This document shows, one piece after another, positions 9,273 through 17,877 of a stretch of DNA of 64,000 nucleotides. The stretch covers positions 96,001-160,000 of the IMG/VR virus record IMGVR_UViG_2889049205_000001; one strand, 5' to 3'. A model generated the notes under the pieces. The model was not told the DNA's origin. It was given only the letters and a program-made list of their open reading frames with translations, and searched no databases. Within the stretch, counting starts at the first letter, position 1. Each line of letters opens with the position of its first letter. The translations under genes and the position numbers were made by a program. The stretch is from a virus (lineage: Duplodnaviria; Caudoviricetes).

Positions 9273-9440
9273 ATGCTTATTGCAGATGTGGCTCACATTA
9301 CATATGTCTGTAGCTGTGTTGCATGCGGTAATGGTATTCCGCCTGAAGAGCGTGGATACTTTCGGAATCCCGCTTCCGGTGAGGAGTATTGCATTCCATG
9401 TGCTGAGCAAGAGATACATGCTATTGAGAGGGCGGGATAA
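9273..9440 (+). CDS. Small Zn-finger protein
   Basis: CxxC...CxxC; GGAGG RBS. Confidence 0.6.
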   Translation: MLIADVAHITYVCSCVACGNGIPPEERGYFRNPASGEEYCIPCAEQEIHAIERAG

Positions 9441-9442
9441 GT

Positions 9443-9724
9443 ATGCCAGATGATCTACGTAAGGCGCAGGCTGCTGATGTGTTCAGAGCACTTTGTGATC
9501 TATATCAGCAGCTGTATCCTGTATACGAGGGCATTACCCGCTACGCCTGGAGGCAGCATCATATGATGCATGGTTCTATGGCAATCAGCCATGAGGAATA
9601 TGGTAGTATCGTCTACTCTCTCGTCATGTCCGGGTTTGTGGAGTATCAAGATAGGAATGCGTTGTATCGTCCCGGAGCCGCCGGCCTTGCCAGACTGCAG
9701 CAGATATCGAATGGAGGGGCATAA
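9443..9724 (+). CDS. Hypothetical protein, possibly winged helix
   Basis: Operon context; LVMSGFVEY...YRP. Confidence 0.55.
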   Translation: MPDDLRKAQAADVFRALCDLYQQLYPVYEGITRYAWRQHHMMHGSMAISHEEYGSIVYSLVMSGFVEYQDRNALYRPGAAGLARLQQISNGGA

Positions 9725-9725
9725 A

Positions 9726-9944
9726 TTGAGGATCCCAGTTAAAGTCACGAGCAAGGTTACAGGCAGGGTTGTCGAAGCATCCTATCCTGCTCGTAAGCTG
9801 CTTGATATGTACGAAGAGGAATTGGTGCAAGACATTACTAGATGCGATTGCCAGCCTGTTGGTGAAACCAATGTCGTGGATTGTTCTTGCTATGAGGAAT
9901 GGGAAGATTACGAGCTGCTAATTGGCGACGAGATCGCTGCATAG
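9726..9944 (+). CDS. Hypothetical Cys-rich acidic protein
   Basis: GGAGG RBS, TTG start; CDCQPVGETNVVDCSC. Confidence 0.55.
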   Translation: MRIPVKVTSKVTGRVVEASYPARKLLDMYEEELVQDITRCDCQPVGETNVVDCSCYEEWEDYELLIGDEIAA

Positions 9945-9959
9945 ATCGGAGGGGTTACA

Positions 9960-10226
9960 ATGGAGCTCACTGCTGCCTATATGGATTGTCATATCATCGC
10001 CGATGCTTATCGTATGAATCCTGGGCTTATCTATGGATTCGTCTATCAGTTTCTGGATGATCCCCCGGTCTCCTATGTAGCACGTTGCATTCGGCATGAG
10101 ACTCATTCCTATCAGCATCGTGTGTTATTCAGTGTCCAGTCGAGAAGCGTTGAGCCCCATCGTGAGCGTGTTTCTCTGTATGCTGATGCCATACATAGTA
10201 TTAAGCTGCATTGGAGGATTCCTTGA
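9960..10226 (+). CDS. MELxxxY-family small protein 1
   Basis: Starts MELTAAYM. Confidence 0.7.
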   Translation: MELTAAYMDCHIIADAYRMNPGLIYGFVYQFLDDPPVSYVARCIRHETHSYQHRVLFSVQSRSVEPHRERVSLYADAIHSIKLHWRIP

Positions 10227-10489
10227 TGGGTGCGAAGCCATTAAGACGATGCTCTTTCACCAAGGATAGTGTTAAGCATTACGCTCGCTTGCAAAGGACC
10301 GGTGATCGTTTCCCCCAGCCCGCCAGGATTGTTGTCGATAAGGAATACTTTGAGCATGTCGGCGGCGTCTATGGCATGGAGACTGTAGCCATATACGATA
10401 AAATCTATGAGGATTGGGCGTATGCTCATGCTGTGTATGATGAGATACTGCGTCGTGCTGATCCGAATAGTCTGAAGGAGTTGAAATGA
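10226..10489 (+). CDS. Hypothetical protein
   Basis: TGATG coupling. Confidence 0.6.
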   Translation: MGAKPLRRCSFTKDSVKHYARLQRTGDRFPQPARIVVDKEYFEHVGGVYGMETVAIYDKIYEDWAYAHAVYDEILRRADPNSLKELK

Positions 10490-10493
10490 TTGA

Positions 10494-10727
10494 ATGGAGC
10501 TTGCTACTGCCTACCTGGAGCATCGTTATGATCTCGTTACTGACTGCTATATAGCTTCGGGTATGGTGATTGAATTCATCTACATTCAGGTGTTCGAAGG
10601 CGAGGCTGTCCGTGGCGTATATGAGGGCATGAATGACGATGGTTATGTCATGGTCTATGATGGGGAAGGTACTGAATTCTTTGAGCTCGCAAAGATCGTT
10701 TTTGCAGAGAATGTGGGGTGGCCTTAA
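10494..10727 (+). CDS. MELxxxY-family protein 2 (small beta-barrel-like)
   Basis: Starts MELATAYL. Confidence 0.7.
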   Translation: MELATAYLEHRYDLVTDCYIASGMVIEFIYIQVFEGEAVRGVYEGMNDDGYVMVYDGEGTEFFELAKIVFAENVGWP

Positions 10728-10948
10728 TGGAGCTTGCTAGCATCTATATCCTATCGGTTCGCATCTTGGGCCGTGTTTGGCGTGCTGGTCAGAAGATCAT
10801 ATACGTGCATAAGCATATGCCCTATGGTACGGACTATGAGCAAGGAACCATCATAGCATTTAGTGCTTCAGGGTTCTACGTAAAGAATAAGTGGGACTGC
10901 AATGTCCATATTCCTTACGATATCATTGAGCACATAGTGGAGGAATGA
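10727..10948 (+). CDS. MELxxxY-family protein 3 (Sm/SH3-like)
   Basis: Starts MELASIYI; TAATG coupling. Confidence 0.7.
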   Translation: MELASIYILSVRILGRVWRAGQKIIYVHKHMPYGTDYEQGTIIAFSASGFYVKNKWDCNVHIPYDIIEHIVEE

Positions 10949-11199
10949 TCTTGGAGCTTGTTGCTGCGTATGCATCTTGTGAGGTGAAGGGAGTAAAGCT
11001 TTTTGCTGGCGACTTCATTTCATTCACCTTTCTGGGAGCTGGAGAGTTACGTGGATTCTTCCGTCGTGTTGATATGAGCCACGAGGTATTCAAGTATCTT
11101 GTCGTCGATGATGACAATAACGGCATTCCTCATCATTACCAGCTTCCCTATATATACGGGATTGAGGTTCATCCTGTCCCGTCCCGCTACCGGAGGTGA
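10945..11199 (+). CDS. MELxxxY-family protein 4
   Basis: MI-LELVAAYA; alternative TTG start at 10951. Confidence 0.7.
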   Translation: MILELVAAYASCEVKGVKLFAGDFISFTFLGAGELRGFFRRVDMSHEVFKYLVVDDDNNGIPHHYQLPYIYGIEVHPVPSRYRR

Positions 11200-11206
11200 T
11201 TAGCTT

Positions 11207-11488
11207 TTGGAGCTCGTTAATGAATACTGCTGTGTGCATCAATCGTTTATGCTTCATGATATCGAGATTCGTGTAGGTGACTATGTAGGTTTCACCTATA
11301 CTGCTCCTACGATGTCTTATGAGATATCGGGTAATGTTCATGGTTTCGATATTTCCGCCGGCCTGATGTTTATGATCATTGATGATAAGTATGCAATGTA
11401 CGGACGTTCTGCCAAGAAGCATGCCGTGTATGGATATCCTTTGGATCAGGTGAAGGATCTCTACTTTCCTGCTGGAGATGTTGATTAA
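11207..11488 (+). CDS. MELxxxY-family protein 5
   Basis: TTG start, MELVNEYC; GGAGGTG RBS. Confidence 0.7.
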   Translation: MELVNEYCCVHQSFMLHDIEIRVGDYVGFTYTAPTMSYEISGNVHGFDISAGLMFMIIDDKYAMYGRSAKKHAVYGYPLDQVKDLYFPAGDVD

Positions 11489-11829
11489 TGGAGCTTGTTG
11501 CTGGCTATATGAATAGCTTCGTTATCCCCGATCCATTGGATATGTTGCCTGGCTCTGTCTATAGGTTTGAATATACTTTACAGGATGGCACTCCTGTTTC
11601 CTTTATAGCTGAATGCATGAAGCATTGGCGCTCTGGTGGTCAGGACCGAATACAGATCCTTATCTTCTATCGCAGCGGCGGACATGGTGCCAACATCTTA
11701 TCCCTATACAGTGAAAGGATACGTAATATCCGTCTGCATTGGAATGAGTGCAAGCATAACTGGGCTCTTGATGAGAGAGAGGATAAATGCTTTTGCGAGG
11801 TCTGCGGTATATGGGAGGATGAATTATAG
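11488..11829 (+). CDS. MELxxxY-family protein 6, C-terminal CxH..CxxC finger
   Basis: Starts MELVAGYM. Confidence 0.7.
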   Translation: MELVAGYMNSFVIPDPLDMLPGSVYRFEYTLQDGTPVSFIAECMKHWRSGGQDRIQILIFYRSGGHGANILSLYSERIRNIRLHWNECKHNWALDEREDKCFCEVCGIWEDEL

Positions 11830-11981
11830 TGGAGCTTGTCTCTGCCTATATAGAGTGTAAGCATGAATATGCGCTTATCGGAACTTTTGGTCGTTCTGGT
11901 TATATGATTTATGAGTATTACTGTCCTTTGTGCAATCATACGAAAGAGGAGGTGTACTATGGACCCGACTCAGTTAACTGA
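11829..11981 (+). CDS. MELxxxY-family protein 7, 50-aa Zn finger (absent from the ORF track)
   Basis: GTG overlapping TAG; MELVSAYIECKHEY...CPLC. Confidence 0.65.
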   Translation: MELVSAYIECKHEYALIGTFGRSGYMIYEYYCPLCNHTKEEVYYGPDSVN

Positions 11982-12102
11982 ACAAATCGCTGTTGATGAT
12001 CTTCCTTTCTCCGATCCCGCTTCCCTGCTGTATAAGGAGGATCTCGAGGTAATCGATGACATGTGCGTGTGCGAGAACTATCCGTTCTGCGGCTGCATGT
12101 AG
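11959..12102 (+). CDS. Small acidic Cys-tailed protein
   Basis: GGAGGTG RBS; ends CVCENYPFCGCM. Confidence 0.55.
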   Translation: MDPTQLTEQIAVDDLPFSDPASLLYKEDLEVIDDMCVCENYPFCGCM

Positions 12103-12111
12103 GATTGCCCC

Positions 12112-12294
12112 ATGGAGATGATCCGTATGTATCTGGACCTTAGTGGTCTTGAGCTTGTCCCCTGTCCCTCGTGCAGCAGCACTGGTAAGATTAAGCGTGT
12201 TTCGTTCATTGATGGGCGTTACGTGTATTCGTATCCGCCCTGTACATTATGCAATGGTGGCGGCATTGTCACCTTGCACAGATATAGGATGTGA
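12112..12294 (+). CDS. MELxxxY-family protein 8, DnaJ-type Zn finger
   Basis: MEMIRMYL; two CxxCxxxG motifs. Confidence 0.65.
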   Translation: MEMIRMYLDLSGLELVPCPSCSSTGKIKRVSFIDGRYVYSYPPCTLCNGGGIVTLHRYRM

Positions 12295-12587
12295 CTGTAT
12301 TGGAGCTAATTGCGGAATACCTTTCTTGCACCCAGCTCTCCCGCTTTGTATTCGCCCGGTTCGGTCATAGTTATGGCTATGATCTCGGCATTCGCTTGAA
12401 GGTAGAACATACCGATTGCGAACTCGATGAAGATGGCGATTACGGCTATACCGAGTTTCATTATGGCGACCTGCGCCAGGTGACGCACCATTGGATCGTA
12501 CTGCGGGAGAGGTCTGCTGAAGGTTTTATTGACCATGTGATCAAGCGTTCAGAAATCATTGATGTTGTGTCCCAGGAGAGTGCTTAA
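12291..12587 (+). CDS. MELxxxY-family protein 9
   Basis: LELIAEYL; alternative TTG start at 12300. Confidence 0.65.
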   Translation: MTVLELIAEYLSCTQLSRFVFARFGHSYGYDLGIRLKVEHTDCELDEDGDYGYTEFHYGDLRQVTHHWIVLRERSAEGFIDHVIKRSEIIDVVSQESA

Positions 12588-12832
12588 TGGAACTGATTCG
12601 TGCTTATCTGATCGACAAGTTTGTTGTTGGCCAAATTTATTGGGTCGAGTGCGCCGATCATAACTATTCTGGCACCTATATTGGGAATCGGAGTGTGTTC
12701 GGTGATATGGCTCACGAGTTTCAAGATACTGTGCAATATAAGCGTGACAGCAAGGAGCGGATGCTACAGTCGAATGTATTGCTCTTCCCGGAGGAAATAA
12801 ATCTGATTCGCCGGCGATCCTTCGCTCGATGA
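12587..12832 (+). CDS. MELxxxY-family protein 10
   Basis: Starts MELIRAYL. Confidence 0.7.
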   Translation: MELIRAYLIDKFVVGQIYWVECADHNYSGTYIGNRSVFGDMAHEFQDTVQYKRDSKERMLQSNVLLFPEEINLIRRRSFAR

Positions 12833-12856
12833 GGCTGTCGCCTCCATTCTATTTGA
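12831..12856 (+). promoter_or_regulatory. Hairpin promoter motif, copy 2
   Basis: GAGGC-TGTC-GCCTC CATTC TATTT GA. Confidence 0.6.
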
Positions 12857-12889
12857 TGCTATACTCTACAAAGAAACGAGGTATTATCA

Positions 12890-13153
12890 TTGTCTATCAC
12901 TAATGAGCTGCCGCATCCTATTCGCCGTGGAAAGAAGCGAGTATCTGTTACAAATCCGAATGGCCGCATGTTATATCATGAGCTGCTGTGCGTGGAGTCT
13001 GTTGCATTTGAGCCTGCTGGTCGGTCCGGCCCTTCCGAGGATGGTGGCCGTACTTATCCGGTAATTGAGACGATCGGGTATGTATCCCCAGAAGCAGAGT
13101 GGTATCTGCTTGCTTGTGGCTATCGTGTTGAACCTTACGTTGGGGAGGATTGA
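12890..13153 (+). CDS. Hypothetical protein
   Basis: GAGGT RBS. Confidence 0.6.
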   Translation: MSITNELPHPIRRGKKRVSVTNPNGRMLYHELLCVESVAFEPAGRSGPSEDGGRTYPVIETIGYVSPEAEWYLLACGYRVEPYVGED

Positions 13154-13554
13154 TCATGTCCAAACTTCCACGCCGCTGGTATGATCCTCTGGCTCATAAG
13201 TTATCTGATCTATATGGCGCCCAGGTATTTGATCAACCAGGCCTTGGTAATGGCATCTTTCTGGTGAATGATAGTCTCGATCTTTATATCCGTGTTCTGC
13301 CAGAATACGGTATGACGATCGCTCGCATTGATGTCGGCGAGGGGCATACTCGCAATGGAATTGGCTCTGCTATCGTGGAATGGTGCAAGGAATTTTGCCT
13401 GCAGCATCGTATTCCCGAGCTAAAGATGGAATGTGTGCTAACGGAAGAATGTGCAGCGTTCTGTCGTAAACAGGGCTTTTCGTTGGCTCGTCCAAGTGAC
13501 GATCTGTGTTTCGATTGGGTGCTTCCGATCCCGATCCCGGAGGTGACTGTATAG
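13150..13554 (+). CDS. GNAT-family acetyltransferase
   Basis: Motif A RNGIGSAIV; FCRKQGF. Confidence 0.75.
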   Translation: MIMSKLPRRWYDPLAHKLSDLYGAQVFDQPGLGNGIFLVNDSLDLYIRVLPEYGMTIARIDVGEGHTRNGIGSAIVEWCKEFCLQHRIPELKMECVLTEECAAFCRKQGFSLARPSDDLCFDWVLPIPIPEVTV

Positions 13555-13844
13555 TGGAGCTTATTGCACATTACATTGAGCCTCGCCTGACTCCTGGCGA
13601 GCTCTATTTTATTCCGGGCATTAATCTTTCATACCGTGGAGTATATGTGGGGCCAGTTGATCAATGTGGTCAAACATTTTATGAATTCGCTCCTGCTTTA
13701 CCATTTGATCCGGAGACTGATTATATGGTAGGCCGGCAATCTATGGTGCAATTCCTGCCCTGTGAATTAGCCCTTGCCTCCCTTGTTCCTCGGCCAAACT
13801 CGTGGGAGACCTATATTAATCGCATTTATGGCGTATATGGTTAA
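13554..13844 (+). CDS. MELxxxY-family protein 11
   Basis: GTG start, MELIAHYI; GGAGGTG RBS. Confidence 0.7.
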   Translation: MELIAHYIEPRLTPGELYFIPGINLSYRGVYVGPVDQCGQTFYEFAPALPFDPETDYMVGRQSMVQFLPCELALASLVPRPNSWETYINRIYGVYG

Positions 13845-13853
13845 GGAGGCATT

Positions 13854-14129
13854 ATGGAGCTCATTTCTGAATATCTCGATCTTCTCCCCCGCCCCCTGAC
13901 GATTGCCGAGACTTGTCCAGGCGTGTTTTACCGGCTACTTATGAAGAGCACGCACGCCAATGTAAATGAGCCTGGCTGGATAACCGCCCGTGTACGCCAT
14001 GCAGATGGAGAATTTACGACGTTGTATTTCGATGCCATTAAGAACCCTGATGATTCGATCACCGAGGGCAATTTCTTTGCCACGACACCCCAGATCCTTG
14101 GGATCTATCCGTGGGAGCATACATCATGA
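13854..14129 (+). CDS. MELxxxY-family protein 12
   Basis: Starts MELISEYL. Confidence 0.7.
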   Translation: MELISEYLDLLPRPLTIAETCPGVFYRLLMKSTHANVNEPGWITARVRHADGEFTTLYFDAIKNPDDSITEGNFFATTPQILGIYPWEHTS

Positions 14130-14383
14130 ATCTTGTGCTGCATTACATAACTGTCCCGCTTCTGGATAAAGAGTACCGGCACGGTGATGAGGTTGATGTT
14201 TGGTTCACTGAGGCTAATAGAGAATGGTCTGCTCGTGGCATGATCGTCTCCTCCCATTCTTCCCCTCCCACCCTGGTAATTCGAAACCGTGTTCTCGTTG
14301 GTGAGCCGGAGGACGATTATTACCTTTACCGCATTATTCCGATCGCCATGATCACTCGTGTGGAGTTAATACCCTTCGGGTAG
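14126..14383 (+). CDS. MELxxxY-family variant 13 (Sm/SH3-like)
   Basis: MNLVLHYI; ATGA coupling. Confidence 0.65.
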   Translation: MNLVLHYITVPLLDKEYRHGDEVDVWFTEANREWSARGMIVSSHSSPPTLVIRNRVLVGEPEDDYYLYRIIPIAMITRVELIPFG

Positions 14384-14406
14384 TCGCTTACGTGATCATA
14401 CGTGAT

Positions 14407-14432
14407 ATGCCTATCGGCATGCTTCCTTGTGA
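14407..14432 (+). promoter_or_regulatory. Hairpin promoter motif, copy 3
   Basis: ATGCC-TATC-GGCAT GCTTC CTTGT GA. Confidence 0.55.
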
Positions 14433-14455
14433 TGAATACACGGGAGGCTGATGCT

Positions 14456-14632
14456 ATGCTTATGGTTTCGATCAGAGAATTGGTGTGGGGTAAGGATCAC
14501 TACGATTGGGCATGGTGCGAATTTTGTGGTGAACGTTTCATCGAGGGCTTTTACGATGACCCAGGTAAAGAAGCACATGGCTTTCATGCTGTATCTATAT
14601 GTAGCTGTTGCGCTAAAGGCGGGCTCTCCTAA
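14456..14632 (+). CDS. Small Zn-finger protein
   Basis: GGAGG RBS; two CxxC motifs. Confidence 0.55.
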   Translation: MLMVSIRELVWGKDHYDWAWCEFCGERFIEGFYDDPGKEAHGFHAVSICSCCAKGGLS

Positions 14633-14669
14633 TGGGGAGCCTTATTTCATTTTGAGGAGTGAATGGTTA

Positions 14670-14843
14670 ATGTCAAAACGTATTGTTCGCACGATCGATT
14701 GCCGCTATTGCGAGGAGAATAAGGTTGTGCTCTCCAGCTCGTGGGCCAACAAATGCAAATGCGGCGTGGAATACAATGGCGCCGGCCAAGCTCTTGCACC
14801 ACGTTGGCAATGGGGTGAGGAAACAGGCGAGCGTTTCGATTAG
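14670..14843 (+). CDS. Small Zn-ribbon protein
   Basis: GAGGAG RBS; CxxC, CxCG..YN..GQ.LAP..QWG. Confidence 0.6.
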   Translation: MSKRIVRTIDCRYCEENKVVLSSSWANKCKCGVEYNGAGQALAPRWQWGEETGERFD

Positions 14844-14853
14844 CGTTACCCGC

Positions 14854-14879
14854 CGGCCTGTCGGCCGCATTCCTATTGA
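14854..14879 (+). promoter_or_regulatory. Hairpin promoter motif, copy 4
   Basis: CGGCC-TGTC-GGCCG CATTC CTATT GA. Confidence 0.6.
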
Positions 14880-14907
14880 TGCAAAATTGTTGTCTTGGAG
14901 GCGTGCC

Positions 14908-15048
14908 ATGCTTGAGCTTATGAGGAAGTTTACTGATCAGAAAAAGGCCGAGGGCTATACGCTGGAAGAAATCACAGACATGCTGATGAACATGTCCATT
15001 GCTGATTTGCAGGCCACACTACAATCCGTTCAGGAGGTGCAACAATAA
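14908..15048 (+). CDS. Hypothetical 46-aa protein
   Basis: GGAGG RBS. Confidence 0.55.
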   Translation: MLELMRKFTDQKKAEGYTLEEITDMLMNMSIADLQATLQSVQEVQQ

Positions 15049-15410
15049 TGGGTCTCGATGTATATGCATACGTGAGTGGTATTCATGGCAATCGCCCTTG
15101 CTTGGTCTTTGCCCCCGCTGTCCCGTTTGCTACCATGCCGCAGTTTATCTATGACGGCACGCCAATGTTCCGTTGGTCCACCCCGCTGCGCCGGTTATTC
15201 GTCGAGCTGTTTTCATCGTTCATGATGATTAACCTGGATAATCCGCCTATTTTTACTGAGGAGCAGCTTGATCAAGCTCTCATGATTCTCGATGCTGACA
15301 CATCGCTGAAGCGGGCCAAGGATCTCGGGATCGACCATGCTTATTACTTGGACATGGTGCATTTCTTCAGGATCTGCAAGCAACAGCAGTTTATCGTGGC
15401 CATCGCATAG
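15048..15410 (+). CDS. Hypothetical protein
   Basis: MGLD start; GGAGGTG RBS. Confidence 0.65.
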   Translation: MGLDVYAYVSGIHGNRPCLVFAPAVPFATMPQFIYDGTPMFRWSTPLRRLFVELFSSFMMINLDNPPIFTEEQLDQALMILDADTSLKRAKDLGIDHAYYLDMVHFFRICKQQQFIVAIA

Positions 15411-15472
15411 ATGGCCTTTTTTTCTTATTTCAGTACGTTATATTACATATTTCGTATCGGAGGGAACATACT

Positions 15473-15955
15473 GTGCATTTTACTATCCACCAATTGAAGC
15501 GGGAAGGCAACATTGAGTTTGCATTTCAGTTCCTTAGCATCTTGAAGCTGCGCAATGCCCCATTCATGGAGCACAACGAGGATCTCGATCAGTATTCTTT
15601 CGATATCGATTCCTTCAACGAGGTTTATTCTCGTGACCTGGCATCTATGGGGATCCAATATTCCGATTGTCTACTCGACTTTCACAAGCAGTCCGAACGT
15701 ATTCTCGAGGAGTTGTTCGGTATCTTCAATATGCAGATTCCTGATGATTTCAAGGGTTGGTCAATGAGCTGTGGCGATATCGTTACGCTGCAGCACGGTG
15801 AACACAAGTTTATGAAGGCATCCTACTTCTGCGATGCAGCAGGCTGGAAGCAGATCAATGTATTCAGTGGAGCTGATCGTCATGCTCAACGTGAAGAGAT
15901 CCGGGATCGGGCTCGTAAACGTCTGGCTGCTCTTCGATCCGGTACGATTCATTAA
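15473..15955 (+). CDS. YodL-domain protein
   Basis: LEELFGIFN..PDDFKGWSMSCGDIVTL...YFCD..GW. Confidence 0.75.
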   Translation: MHFTIHQLKREGNIEFAFQFLSILKLRNAPFMEHNEDLDQYSFDIDSFNEVYSRDLASMGIQYSDCLLDFHKQSERILEELFGIFNMQIPDDFKGWSMSCGDIVTLQHGEHKFMKASYFCDAAGWKQINVFSGADRHAQREEIRDRARKRLAALRSGTIH

Positions 15956-16020
15956 CTCGACTGAGCGAGTATAAACAGGCCTTTGGCTCAGTGCGGGCCC
16001 TCTATTTGAGGGTATGGCTC
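15955..16020 (+). ncRNA. Pistol ribozyme
   Basis: P1 ACTCG/CGAGT; loop ACTGAG pairs with CTCAGT (pseudoknot); ATAAACAG linker; P2 GCC/GGC; conserved GCG; P3 GCCCTC/GAGGGT. Confidence 0.8.
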
Positions 16021-16028
16021 ACTTGGTT

Positions 16029-16054
16029 ATGCCTATCGGCATGATTCTATGTGA
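16029..16054 (+). promoter_or_regulatory. Hairpin promoter motif, copy 5
   Basis: ATGCC-TATC-GGCAT GATTC TATGT GA. Confidence 0.6.
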
Positions 16055-16077
16055 AGTACAAAATAGGAGGTTTTCCT

Positions 16078-16302
16078 GTGACGAATGCAATTAAGATGAC
16101 TTGTGCCATCTTTGTTATCATCTTCCTCGCCCCTACTGTTATCCCCGCTATCCTCGGCATCGTGGCCGCCCTGGTCCCTGCCCTGTTGTGTGTCCTGGCT
16201 GTGTGGCTGGTGTACCGCATGTTCTTCAAAAAGCGTGTTGTTTCCAAGCCGCAGGTCCTGCCCGTCATTATCCGAGAAGTTCAACGCATGATGAAAAAAT
16301 AA
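16078..16302 (+). CDS. Small membrane protein
   Basis: Hydrophobic; AGGAGG RBS. Confidence 0.6.
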   Translation: MTNAIKMTCAIFVIIFLAPTVIPAILGIVAALVPALLCVLAVWLVYRMFFKKRVVSKPQVLPVIIREVQRMMKK

Positions 16303-16336
16303 TGAATACCCAAATCAATCTTAGGAGGCTATTAAC

Positions 16337-16801
16337 ATGAAACAAGCATACGGTTATATCGTCGAGGAATCGAAAAAGCGTATCTTGGTAGGCAAGAAGG
16401 CAGATATCATTGCCATTGCCGCTGATTTCCCTGGAACCATGATTGAATACGCAGCAAATTTGGAGCAGCTGCTCGCTTCGGTCAAAGCCATTGGATACGA
16501 AGTGATCTGCCATAATCCAACCACGAAGATGGAGCAGATGTTTGCCGGCTATAAGCCGACGGACACGCTGCCTCCCGCTCCCCCTTCCCCGCCTACTTCT
16601 TCCGCTCCGGATGATCTTGCGATCCGCAGGTTCTGCATCCAGCCAATTGAGAAAGAATTCGCCGTGATGGTGGCCACTAATTATGGCGTCCAATACCTGA
16701 ACCGTGGCCTGCTCTCCAAAGCGAAAGACGCATACCTGAAGTATGTGGCCGATCGCAGCTTGCTCATGACTGATCTGAAAGCGGCAACGGTGCCGTTCTG
16801 A
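16337..16801 (+). CDS. Hypothetical protein with Pro-rich linker
   Basis: AGGAGG RBS. Confidence 0.65.
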   Translation: MKQAYGYIVEESKKRILVGKKADIIAIAADFPGTMIEYAANLEQLLASVKAIGYEVICHNPTTKMEQMFAGYKPTDTLPPAPPSPPTSSAPDDLAIRRFCIQPIEKEFAVMVATNYGVQYLNRGLLSKAKDAYLKYVADRSLLMTDLKAATVPF

Positions 16802-16928
16802 TGTATCAGGCCAAACGAATCGTGAGGTCAATTATATGGACGCTGCTGCCCAAGAATGCTCGGCTGGCATGGTTATTTACCTTGCTGGCCGAAGTAATAT
16901 TTTCTGATCAAAAACGCCGTCGTTAATG

Positions 16929-16948
16929 GTATAATGTAATGCATTACA
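16929..16948 (+). promoter_or_regulatory. Extended -10 element overlapped by perfect palindromic operator
   Basis: TGGTATAAT overlapping TGTAATGCATTACA (16935-16948). Confidence 0.7.
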
Positions 16949-16964
16949 CAAGGAGGTACTGTCC

Positions 16965-17387
16965 ATGGAGTTGAAAGATGTTTTAGCCTATGTCCCGCAG
17001 CATGCCATCTTTACGTTTATGGAGGATGACGTGGAGATGCAGCTCTATCATCACAATGAGGATGGCTGGTGTGTTTGTCCCGTCGGTGATCCCGCTTGCG
17101 ATCCGTCTACCGGCGAGCACAGTCCTCAAGGCCGTATTCAGGCTCAGTTTGTCGAGGCAGTGCTCACACATTTGTACAACACGCAGTGGCTCGATCGTAT
17201 CCTGACCTATGATGTTGCCGGTAATTCTGTAGCGTACACGCCATTTCTCGTGTCTCGCCGCCTTGCCTGCTCAGCTGGTATCAACGGTGATACTTTTGTG
17301 GCTGAGTTCTGGGACGGCGAGAAGGTTGTCGTGCCTTATAATGTCGCATTAAATCGGCCATTTCGGGTCGGCATCCCGCAGTCGTAA
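16965..17387 (+). CDS. Hypothetical protein
   Basis: AAGGAGGT RBS. Confidence 0.65.
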   Translation: MELKDVLAYVPQHAIFTFMEDDVEMQLYHHNEDGWCVCPVGDPACDPSTGEHSPQGRIQAQFVEAVLTHLYNTQWLDRILTYDVAGNSVAYTPFLVSRRLACSAGINGDTFVAEFWDGEKVVVPYNVALNRPFRVGIPQS

Positions 17388-17414
17388 TCCATTACAGAGA
17401 AATGAGGAATCATT

Positions 17415-17696
17415 GTGGCACAAACAGGTAAGAAGCCGCTTCATATGATACAAAAATATGCGGCGGCCAGGCGAGAAGTCTTCTACAAGCGGCAAATGAT
17501 GCAGCATATTGGCTTTGTGTACGTTGATTCTGAGAAGGCGTGGCTGCACCCTGGCGGCGCCCGCTTTAGCAAGAAGCTGTTCGATCTCTTTGATTTCAAT
17601 AAGACCAAATCGAAGCTGCTGCAGCTCGGCTTTATCTCCCCCGACACGAATCCGAATACTCCCTATCAAGAAGAAAATGACGATGAGCTGGAATAG
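17415..17696 (+). CDS. Hypothetical protein
   Basis: GAGG RBS. Confidence 0.55.
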   Translation: MAQTGKKPLHMIQKYAAARREVFYKRQMMQHIGFVYVDSEKAWLHPGGARFSKKLFDLFDFNKTKSKLLQLGFISPDTNPNTPYQEENDDELE

Positions 17697-17877
17697 GCTG
17701 CCGTTACACGTCAGAGCCTTCCTAGTCGTTCTCATTGGCGGTCTGAGCATCATGATGCTTTGGCCGCTTCTTCAGCTTGTGATCGGGCTTATTGTTGCTA
17801 TGATCGTGATCGGAGTGATTGGCGTTGTGATCTATTATGGGGTTCGGATCCTTGCCTATCTTTTCAGGGGACTATAG
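17683..17877 (+). CDS. Small two-TM membrane protein
   Basis: Two hydrophobic stretches. Confidence 0.55.
   Translation: MSWNRLPLHVRAFLVVLIGGLSIMMLWPLLQLVIGLIVAMIVIGVIGVVIYYGVRILAYLFRGL

Noticed and set aside
9960-14383. TGGAGCT as a DNA repeat, integron-like site or Shine-Dalgarno signal
   Set aside because: Synonymous variation (GAA, CTN, TAY) and a conserved Tyr at position 7 point to peptide-level selection; there is no inverted-repeat structure and no consistently spaced downstream start.
16935-16948. CcpA cre site reading of the palindrome
   Set aside because: cre sites need a central CG; these have a central GC/GT/AC. Not fully excluded without a binding test.
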